DNA of 64,000 bases from Flectonema sp. DT1601 (taxonomy: Eukaryota): positions 1,488,001 to 1,552,000 of the forward strand of contig OZ025788.1 of NCBI GenBank assembly GCA_964019425.1, written 5' to 3'. The notes under the pieces are model-generated. The model ran no database searches, was not told the origin of the DNA, and was given only the letters and a program-made list of their open reading frames with translations. The position numbers and the translations under genes were made by a program. Below are positions 26,647 through 35,862 of this stretch, one piece after another. Within the stretch, counting starts at the first letter, position 1; each line of letters begins with the position of its first letter.

Positions 26647-29121
26647 ATGGGATGGCGATGGTGGCGCAATGATGACGAAAATAAAACCTTCGTCAGGCAA
26701 TTTGAAGGGCAACGAGATGGCGAAGTCGACGACACATGGCGTGCGAATTACGCAGATGCAAGGGACTTGCTCCGACATTGCGAGCGACACAAAGGTGATG
26801 GGGGTGACGAAGGGATGTCGCTTTTGATGGATTCTATTTTTGAGGAGGCAATTGTCAGACCCAGAGATGCATTTACGAAACAGTTGAATCTCTTGAAGGC
26901 ACACTGGAAGCCACTCCAAGCCACGCTCACTGATTACGAAGGACAAATTAAGTCAACTCTGAAAAAGTCCGACAAGACTTTTAACATTCTAACAAAAGTT
27001 GTGGAAGATCACTACAGGGGGCTCCTGCAATTGCAAGTTTTTCAATATTGGCACAGAGTGCTTTACGATCGAGCAGAAGCTCTCCTATCCTACGATGATA
27101 AGATGCGGATATCCTCGCGGTATGAAATGTATAGAATAGAGACTCGTGATTTTCGTCAGCCGAGACTCCTTGGCTCGGAGATGAGAGCCATTGTCGAACG
27201 ATATGCAACGTTTTTGCATAATCACAACTGTGATATAGCTGGTATCTCGAGAGGTCATCACACTCAAATTGTTAAGCAAGAAGAGGCGGAAGCACTTCTC
27301 TCCCGACGACGAATGGATGTTCCAACTCCTCCGATCGATATATTCTTACTTGGATTGTATGTCGGTACTGCCACGTGTTTCTCCATCATAATTATGTATG
27401 TTATCCTGTACGCTACACCGATTCCTAGTTATGACGAATCGATTCATTTCTGGCCAGTTGTCCCTCTATTTCGTGGATACTTTGTAATTGAAATCGCACT
27501 TGTGTGTTGGGCACTTGTGATGCACGTCATGGATAAGCGTCGTATCAACTATCCATACTTATTGGGTTTGACGGGAGAGACGATCAGCAGTGCGCATTTG
27601 ATGAAAATAAGCTGTTTTTTTGTATCATTTTCTGTAGTAATATTCGCTGTGTACCTTCTTCACGTCAAGTGTGGAGTTGTAGTGCCACTGTTGGGGTTTG
27701 AGAATCCACTTAATTATATTTTATTTCATACGGTTGTTCCTGCAGCGGTGTTCTTGTTCCCACTGGACTTCTTTCACAGGTCGAGTAGGTGGTGGCTGCT
27801 CAAGACAGTCGCTTTGGTATTTGCTACACCTGCTGTCGCAAAGGTAACATTCGCTGCTAACTTTGTTACGGATTTCATGACCTCCATGGTGAAACCTATT
27901 TCGGACGTTGTCGCTGCCTGGTATGTTGTGTGTTCCTATGAAACTCCTTCGAACTACCAACTTCCAACATTTGCTGCTGAACTCTGCGTTCTATTGCCGC
28001 TTTCTATTAGGTTTATGCAATGTGTTAGGAAGGCTGTTATCGATCCGTATCTTTACATCTTGAAACACAGAAGGAAGCGAAAGGAGGACATTGAGCAGCC
28101 GTCCCCTCAGAGGGATTTGGAGAAGTTATGCGGAACATGGGATATATCGGGAACCAGTAGCACAGCTACAATAATAACAGAAAATGAGAAAGGAATTAAG
28201 AAAACCTTATTAAAATCTCATGATGAAGTCGGAGAGTTGCTAGCAACTGAAGACAGTACTGCTGGAGGATACTCTTACAGATGTGAATTGACGGGTCCTT
28301 CATCACCTCATCCAAAGCAAGTTGAATTAGTCAAGCTTGATAGGTACACTCTTCAAGCTACCTGTACGATACCTGCAACTGGATTCCAGAAAACCTGTCT
28401 TGCAAAAAAACGTAACGGTCTTGCCCGTTTTATTCTTATACCTCACGGATTGAACACTTTGAAGTATGTCTGTTCATTAGCTCCTATCTTCTTCTCTTCG
28501 ATTTTTGAGAACGTTTACGCTAATTTGATATTTCTGATAGTCAGTGCTGCCTACTTTTTTTTTTGGGACTTGTTTATGGATTGGGGACTGTGGAAGAGAG
28601 ACACGTTTCCACCGAGAGGGCTGAAGCCATTCGCCTTTGGTCTTGTTTGGAGGAGGACTTCTGTTGAGTTGACTCCAGCAAATAAATTATTTTACTACTT
28701 TCTCGTACTTCTGAATCTTGTGGGACGTTGTGCGTGGGCCTTCACTCTTACACAACCAAAGCTACTCGGGATTACCGACAAAGCGACTACGGAAATGTTA
28801 GTTTTATGTACGTCTGTTATAGAAGTCATCAGACGTTGCGTGTGGGCCAGAATGAGACTTGGACACGAGCAGCAAGTTGACATTGGTCAATTTAGACAGG
28901 GAGATGGATACCGCAATGTACCTCCTCTCATTTCAAAACAAACCCCGTGGACTACACCAGGAGAGTTTGCTGTTCTTCGAAAGTTGAAGGTCGACCCTGG
29001 GGAACTTCAGGAATTCATCGCTGATCAGGAAAACCATGAGAGGTCAAAAGGATGGGTAGCGTTGAAGGATATGATGAAATCGGGAAGCGTGCAATCCTCT
29101 CAAAAAAATAAAAACAAATAA
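26647..29121 (+). CDS. EXS-domain multi-pass membrane protein (XPR1/PHO1/ERD1-like); start codon uncertain
   Basis: Motifs INYPYLL, FAANFVTDFMTS, IRFMQCVR, HGLNTLKY, WDLFMDWGL, NLVGRCAW, IEVIRRCVW..R..HEQ, plus many TM segments. Confidence 0.85.
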   Translation: MGWRWWRNDDENKTFVRQFEGQRDGEVDDTWRANYADARDLLRHCERHKGDGGDEGMSLLMDSIFEEAIVRPRDAFTKQLNLLKAHWKPLQATLTDYEGQIKSTLKKSDKTFNILTKVVEDHYRGLLQLQVFQYWHRVLYDRAEALLSYDDKMRISSRYEMYRIETRDFRQPRLLGSEMRAIVERYATFLHNHNCDIAGISRGHHTQIVKQEEAEALLSRRRMDVPTPPIDIFLLGLYVGTATCFSIIIMYVILYATPIPSYDESIHFWPVVPLFRGYFVIEIALVCWALVMHVMDKRRINYPYLLGLTGETISSAHLMKISCFFVSFSVVIFAVYLLHVKCGVVVPLLGFENPLNYILFHTVVPAAVFLFPLDFFHRSSRWWLLKTVALVFATPAVAKVTFAANFVTDFMTSMVKPISDVVAAWYVVCSYETPSNYQLPTFAAELCVLLPLSIRFMQCVRKAVIDPYLYILKHRRKRKEDIEQPSPQRDLEKLCGTWDISGTSSTATIITENEKGIKKTLLKSHDEVGELLATEDSTAGGYSYRCELTGPSSPHPKQVELVKLDRYTLQATCTIPATGFQKTCLAKKRNGLARFILIPHGLNTLKYVCSLAPIFFSSIFENVYANLIFLIVSAAYFFFWDLFMDWGLWKRDTFPPRGLKPFAFGLVWRRTSVELTPANKLFYYFLVLLNLVGRCAWAFTLTQPKLLGITDKATTEMLVLCTSVIEVIRRCVWARMRLGHEQQVDIGQFRQGDGYRNVPPLISKQTPWTTPGEFAVLRKLKVDPGELQEFIADQENHERSKGWVALKDMMKSGSVQSSQKNKNK

Positions 29122-29349
29122 ACCGTAAAAGCGTTCTTTCCGCTTTCGTTATTTGAAAACTTCCTCTCCAACTCTTTTATTTATAGTGTGTAACCACAGC
29201 CGAGTTCGTTCTCGAGCAATTCACTCACGGCTCTTGATGAGCCACGATTCGTTAATGATATTTCTAAAATATCAGATATAGCCGTTGACGAGCTGGGGAT
29301 GTCCAAGTAATCTTTTTTTTCTTATCATATTATTACTGACGACAGATAT

Positions 29350-30830
29350 ATAAATATTATGGGAAATTGCGTGTGCCCAAGAGCCGAAGTAATGTTCAAC
29401 AACGTCCTCCGTCGGTAAAAAGTAGGGCGGCAATGCCTCAGATAGATCCTCCTAAAAATGAAGGGAAGCCTCCAGAGAGTTTGATATTGACGAAGCTAAA
29501 GCTAACGAGGTTCACTTTGACGCAAATGCAGTACTTGAATGTCATCATCAGGGAGTGAAGAACGAATCTTTAACATGTCACAAACATATCGACGCCCTAG
29601 CGAGATCCATATCACTTGAAATGATAACTGACTCTTTGGAACGCTCTCCAAAACAAATTGGTGCAGAAATGATTTGCGAACTTGTAGAAGTCTCACACAG
29701 AAATGGTGATTTTAAGAAAGCTACGATGTCAAGGTTAACTGGCAACCCTGATAGGGACATCGCCATCCGCATTGTGTTGTGTTGGAACTACATGGGGAAG
29801 TGCGGTACCACAATTTCCAAAGAAAAGTTGATTCCTTTTCAGATCTGGATATCCACACTGCAATCGAGTTTGCTCGCCGGTTGCTGAAGATACCGAAAGA
29901 TGCCCATGTTCTCCTTGCAGTTGACGAATTGACCAAGACTGGGAATCCCCCACTCTACCTTACATGTCTGACCAAAGCGATGACCGAATCCTTTGAGAAA
30001 TCGAAGAATATAGGTGGAAGCCTTGGCGTTATGTACATTGTAGCTTCCGCTTATAACTCTATCGATCCATTGTCCCTCACAACAAATAGCAATCGACAGG
30101 TGGTCATGCAGGAGCTAGCTCCTTTGGTATGCTCATCCCAAATGTTTGACGCAGTCAACAAGGACTGGGATCTGAAGGGGAACAGGCGTGTGTATTTCCC
30201 CAGGTCAAAGTGCTGGAGAGATCTACATACAAAGGTGGGGAATACCATCCGAATCTCGATCATGCGGGTATTATGGGAATGTGCTGGACATCCACGTCTA
30301 CTGGAACATGTCATTGACCGGTTCAGACTCCAGCCAAAAGTAATGAAAGTTGATGCTTTCAAAGAGTGGGCTGACTTGACCCTGCTTTTGCAGAGGTGCA
30401 ACTGGCGGGATTGATTTCGAAGAGAGAACAGGGAGGATGATCCATGAGGAAAACCCTAAGTGGCCACCTTCCTTCTTCGAAGGTTGTTCAGGAGAGGGCC
30501 AACGGCAAAGGAATCAAAAGAACTCAAAGATCCAGAAAAAAGAGCTTTCCATTTTGCACAAATAAAGGGATTTGTCGCGAAGAGTTGATTGGACTCACAA
30601 CCATTCGCATGGAGTGAAAGGTACAGGCAAAACAGCGGTCATGCGAGCAATGGTCGGATTCGAGGAGAAGCCAGGGTGGATTCAGGCAGCTGACCCAAGG
30701 GCTGTGACATCTTCCTTCAATGAAGCTGGTGGCAGCGTTAGCAATTTCAGAAATGATTGCAAGAAACTAGGTTTACATCGGACAGACACTCTGTTTCGGT
30801 AGGCACATCTTAAGGTACAACGGGATGCGT
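29350..30830 (+). pseudogene. Frameshifted fragments of a multicopy P-loop NTPase gene (Crinkler/RHS-like)
   Basis: Broken overlapping ORFs with Walker B-like LLAVDELTK, helical motif CAGHPRLLE, and a Walker A GVKGTGKT in a separate downstream fragment. Confidence 0.5.
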
Positions 30831-30879
30831 GAAGAGGATGTTCAAAGGATTGGTAGGTCCTGTCATTTTTGTCATGTCA

Positions 30880-31370
30880 CCCGCAAACCTGCAAACCAAC
30901 ACTCAGACTGGGAACTGCACGAAAGAGAACAGGAATGATACTTAAACAACGTTTAACGTAGATCAATGAAAAGGTAAATATTATAAGAGTATTTTGCCTA
31001 ACAGCGCAATACAGCTTCACGTGGTCGGCCTGGGTTCAAACCCGCCCCGCCCCGGTTGGGTAACTGCATATCACCTTCGGAGTTGTCGAAGTGTCTCTTC
31101 CAACACTCCTGTCTCCATGTGTCCAATTTCAAGGACGCGTGACCATTTCTTTTTTTCTGTTGCCGCTCTTCTTACATCCTCAGGCGGGCCCGCAAACCCG
31201 CAAACCCGCAAACCCGCAAACCCGCAAACCCGCAAACCCGCAAACCAACACTCAGACTGGGAACTGCACAAAAGGCAAGTGAAGTACGATATACTCTTAT
31301 AATATTTAACTTTTCGTTGATCTACGTTAAACGTTGTTTAAGTATTATTTCTGTTCTCTTGTCTTTATTT
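30880..31370. repeat. Rearranged satellite border: short CCCGCAAA tracts (30880-30897, 31189-31246), a duplicated element end, and a ~70-bp inverted duplication
   Basis: GCAAACC-AACACTCAGACTGGGAACTGCAC occurs twice. 30923-30992 is the reverse complement of ~31291-31360 with about 4 mismatches. Confidence 0.8.
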
Positions 31371-31778
31371 CAGAATTATCATTTCACTGTTTCTCTTATC
31401 ATTATTTTATTGTACTCATTTATTCAGGCTAGGAAGGGTCTTAACGCAAAGCGTTTTCCCACCCGCCCTACCCCTGTAACGGTGCCAACCTTTCCCCCGG
31501 CCGATTTTAGGCCGTGGTCGAACATGCAATTGTACAAGCATGCGGTGCCGTTTTCCCATTACCCCTTCGTGAATGAGTTGCTTCGTGTTAACTTGGTTCT
31601 CCTTTGTCTTTCTCATCATCATTTTCTTCAGCTGAGAAAATGGGAAAGCTAAGACGACATGAGGCTTATGATGCTAGTATCTTGTTATGTGGTTAATTCG
31701 TGTGATTGTTTTTATCAGACTCTCCTTTATGACTTTTCCTTTTCAACAGTACTTCACTGAGAATGCCGAGCGGTTCCC
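31245..31778 (+). mobile_element. Putative short non-autonomous YR-type element inserted in the CCCGCAAA repeat
   Basis: Left junction GCAAACC|AACACTCAGACTGGGAAC and right junction GGTTCCCC-GCAAA reproduce the 2-C / 4-C junctions of the full YR element at 52020-56874; no credible ORF. Confidence 0.6.
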
Positions 31779-31811
31779 CGCAAACCCGCAAACCCGCAAA
31801 CCCGCAAACCC
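31777..31811. repeat. Short (CCCGCAAA)n tract
   Basis: About 4 units visible. Confidence 0.95.
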
Positions 31812-32186
31812 TAGAATTCATTCAGGTAATTTTCCACCAAGCTTAGCACCGGAAAGAAATAATCAAAGGAATCAGACAGAAAAGTGTATGATTCCGAAGT
31901 TGGAAAAATGAACAAAACAACAGACATTTTTTATATATTCTTTAGCCTTCTATTTTTCAAAAAGAAATTCTTTATACAGCTCGATCACTTCTTTCTCTCA
32001 CACTCACGTTTTCGAAGCCCACCCTCCTCACCCCTCCACCCCGTGGTGGAGCTGAGTCCAACGAAAACGGACTTCAGTTACCCCGCCGCAGCGAGCCACC
32101 TTGAACCAGGGTATTCTTGCAATCGCGCGTTCTAGTGTAATCGCTTGTTATTGGTGCGTGTGTAGTTTTTAAGTTTTATTATTTCG

Positions 32187-32598
32187 AACCCGCAAACCCG
32201 CAAACCCGCAAACCCGCAAACCCGCAAACCCGCAAACCCGCAAACCCGCAAACCCGCAAACCCGCAAACCCGCAAACCCGCAAACCCGCAAACCCGCAAA
32301 CCCGCAAACCCGCAAACCCGCAAACCCGCAAACCCGCAAACCCGCAAACCCGCAAACCCGCAAACCCCGCAAACCCGCAAACCCCGCAAACCCGCAAACC
32401 CGCAAACCCGCAAACCCGCAAACCCGCAAACCCGCAAACCCGCAAACCCGCAAACCCCGCAAACCCGCAAACCCCGCAAACCCGCAAACCCGCAAACCCG
32501 CAAACCCGCAAACCCGCAAACCCGCAAACCCGCAAACCCGCAAACCCGCAAACCCGCAAACCCGCAAACCCGCAAACCCGCAAACCCGCAAACCCGCA
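32187..32598. repeat. (CCCGCAAA)n satellite tract with a few 9-bp CCCCGCAAA variants
   Basis: Directly visible, about 51 units. Confidence 0.98.
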
Positions 32599-32617
32599 CT
32601 AGAGATACCCCTTCCAG

Positions 32618-32632
32618 GCTCGCGTTGCTCGC
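32618..32632 (-). other. Helitron 3' subterminal hairpin GCGAGCAACGCGAGC
   Basis: Lies 15 nt before the terminal CTAG; GC-AAC-GC core; identical in the second element. Confidence 0.7.
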
Positions 32633-32729
32633 ACACAATTTTTTTTTTTTAAATCTTTCTGAACAAACCTTATTTTTACAACCAAGTCACGTCTGTTTTT
32701 ATTCCCTGTGTCTAGCTAGGTACCCGTCC

Positions 32730-32798
32730 AGGATTCAAAATTGGACTTAACTTTACGCTCGCTTCGCTCGCGTTAAGTTAAGTCCAATTTTGTATCCT
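32730..32798. repeat. Inverted repeat with ~29-bp arms near the Helitron 3' end
   Basis: AGGATTCAAAATTGGACTTAACTTTACGC / GCGTTAAGTTAAGTCCAATTTTGTATCCT, 2 mismatches; shorter version at 45566-45597. Confidence 0.9.
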
Positions 32799-33296
32799 CA
32801 TCGCAATCTTTTTATTATTCATTTATTACTTTTCTGTCCCAACGGGACGACAAATGAAAAATGTCCTCCCTTAGCTGAAAATGCACACTGCACCCTGTTT
32901 TATCAAGTCATATCACAGAATGGACGAAGATAAGGTTATTCTTTATTTATTGTTTTTGTTTTTCTGAAAGATAGTTATATTAATATGCTAGCACGAAAAC
33001 GACGGCTAGGTTTATGATGATTGGATATGTGGCTTAGGTTATCTGTTTGTTTCATTTGGAAATATTTTATAAACCATTCACAACAGGTTTATCGAACTTG
33101 TATCTGCAATGTGTGCGACCCTGGGATGGAAATATAGGAATTTAGTTATATTAATAAGGTTATCGTTCATTACATTATTTTCAATAAAATAGATATGTGA
33201 GAAGAACTACGGGATGGGGAATAACAGTGGTGAAAAAAGCATCAGCCGATTGCGGGTTTATAGTGCTTCTGTATGTATGTGGGGTGGGTGACTATT

Positions 33297-33882
33297 CTAC
33301 TTCGGCCTCTTGATGCCTTGGGTTCTTCCAGTGGTTGATCTTTGTTTCGCCTGCTGAGGCTTTCACCGCCAGCGCTTCCTTCTGTCGAAAATGGTAGCTC
33401 CTCGAGCGGCCACCCTGCAGGCTATCGAGACATCCCGAGCCGCAGCCTTTACCTCCTGCTGACGTTTCTCAACATCAGTTGCCGCTTCCCCTTCGTCGAA
33501 GAGCAGCCGCCACCTTCCGAGCAGACTCTGCCATTTGTTCCTTCTGCTGACGTTCCCTCAATAGGATCTCCACCTCCAATGGTTCCTTCCTTTCGGGCTG
33601 GTGTGTGTGTGTGTTGTCGTACTCCTTCAGCTCACGTTCCTTTGCCATGACTGCCGAAGCTTGGAGCTTCAACGCTTCTCTTCGACGAAGGGTTGCTTCT
33701 CGAGCAGCCTTTCGAGCTGCTATCTGGAGTTCCTTCTGCTTTAGTAAGTTCACCTCCAAGGCTTCTTTCCTTTGAAGGGCACATTCTCGAGCCTCTATCT
33801 CCTTCAATCGCTTCTGCTCTGGCTCCTTCGCCATGACTGCGTGCCACCGCCGGCGTCTTGCTTCCAAGGTGTCCTTAACCAT
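33297..33882 (-). pseudogene. Diverged, frameshifted duplicate of the RepHel C-terminal coiled-coil region
   Basis: LEARRRRWHAVMAKE...RKEALEVNLLKQKEL...KVAAALRRR matches the RepHel C-terminus (34196-34820). Nucleotide similarity continues to the same stop context (CTACTTCGGCCTCTTGATG). Confidence 0.8.
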
Positions 33883-34195
33883 GATGTTGTTACTGTTGTG
33901 GAATTATATTTTAGATTTGAGTTTAATAATGTTATTCAAAACAGGTTAATACATAAACCCAAAAAATGTGCCGCGTGATCGCGTATTGAACCCTCAGTCA
34001 CAGGAATGCAAGAGCGATTAGTCGACGACCATATTATTATTATTTATTTATTTATTTATTTATTTATTGTGTGTTGCTATCCTAGGATGAAAATAAGGGT
34101 TTATTGTGCATTAACTTAATTTCCGTCCTGCTCAGTGTTCCAAAACGAAAATGTGAACTTCTGTATGTGCTAGTTTTGCGGGTGACTGTTGTTGT

Positions 34196-35831
34196 CTACT
34201 TCGGCCTCTTGATGCGCTGGGATTTTGCGGGGGGTGCTTTCCGCTTCATTGCAGCTGGCTTCTGGGACGAAGTTCCAGGCTTTTCTTTCGCCTGCTTTCG
34301 GGAGGTTCTCACCGCCAGGGCTTCTTTTCGTCGAATGGCAGCTTCTCGAGCGGCCACCCTGCGGGCTATGGAAGCATCCCGAGCCGCAGCCTTTACCACC
34401 TGCTGACGTTTCTCAACATCAGTTGCCGCTTCCCTTCGTCGAAGAGCAGCCGCCACCTTCTGAGCAGACTCTGCCTTTTGTTCCTTCTGCTGACGTTCCC
34501 TCAACAGGATCTCCACCTCCAATGCTTCCTTCCTTCGGGCTGGCGTGTCGAACTCCTTCAGCTCACGTTCCTTCGCCATGACCGGCGGCGAAGCTTCCAA
34601 CTTCAACGTTTCTCTTCGACGAAGGGTTGCTTCTCGAGCAGCCTTTCGGGCCGCTATCTCGAGTTCCTTCTGCTTGAGTAACTTCACCTCCAAGGCTTCT
34701 TTCCTTCGAAGGGCAGATTCTCGAGCCTCAACCTCCAGAGCCAGTGACCTCATTCGCTTCTGCTCTCGCTCCTTCGCCGTGACTGCATGCCACCGCTGGC
34801 GTCTTGCTTCCAAGGGGTCGTTAGCCGTCAGGCGGTATGTATCACGCAACCTGATGAGTGCTTCCTCTGGACTGCGGGACCGCAGGTTGACGTAATGCAG
34901 ACCTAGTGCATGGATGATTTCCCCCAGCTGATTCCAAATGAAGATAGTTCCGTTGGTGTGGTGGGTTAGAAGAAATGAGAAATGGTCGTGAACCTCATTT
35001 TGGTCTTCCGTAAAGAAACACGACTCCGGGAAGAACCCTCCAACTCGTAGCCCGTCTTGCTGTAGTACGACGATTTTTATATGTAGCAGCACCGCGGCTG
35101 CGTCGATTGCCTCGTTCGTCAGCCAAGACCCGTCGGTTCGATATTGCTCGACCCAGGATGAGTCACTACCTGCGCGGACCATCTCTTCGCAGATCTGGTG
35201 TCGGAGGTCTCCATGGGAAGGGATATCCGCATTCGCATACCAGTGGACATCACGGAGCGCATTCTGTATGGCATATAGAAGGCAGTTACCGTCCGATCCT
35301 GTTCGCCGCATCTCGAGCCCAAAGAGATGCCACATGACGTAGGCGTATTCTTGTGATGGGTGAGTGAATGTTGGATCCAAACGGGTTGCTGAACCGAGGT
35401 AAGCCTGAGGATCGAAGGCAGGAAGTTCCATCCTCTTCCGTTTTCGAGCAACTTCTGAAGGCGCACGCGTCGAAGAAGAAGATGGATCCTTTTTTTGTGC
35501 CGCGATCTTGTGCCACACGGTGGACAGCGATTCGAGAGATGTTTTTACTCCGAAGAAAGGTTTCAAATTGATGTAGTGGGTGTGCAGGCCCCCTGCCGTT
35601 TCGCAACTCCACAGGAAGATGACCCTGGAACTCTGCAACAACAGCCATCTGAGTTCTTCATGCACGGTTCTCTGTGAAGCCCCCTCCTCCTCCTTCTTCT
35701 CTGGGAAGGTAACGATCTGACTGAGGCCGTCTTGTTTCAGCAGCACAATGTCTAACTGCAGGATTCTGGAAGCCGCGTCGACTGCTCGATCCGTGAGCCA
35801 TGCTGATCTCCAACTGCTGTGTTCGGAATCC

Positions 35832-35862
<31 letters not shown>

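Noticed and set aside
32043..32113. HDV-like ribozyme on the minus strand (CCCTGG start, GGTGG/CCACC pairing, hairpin)
   Set aside because: Could not build P3/L3 or a proper J4/2; would need an Infernal/RNArobo search
31811..32187. Third tiny Helitron (minus strand TCGAAA...TTCTAG)
   Set aside because: The flanks do not restore the repeat and there is no similarity to the family termini; left as an unexplained insert
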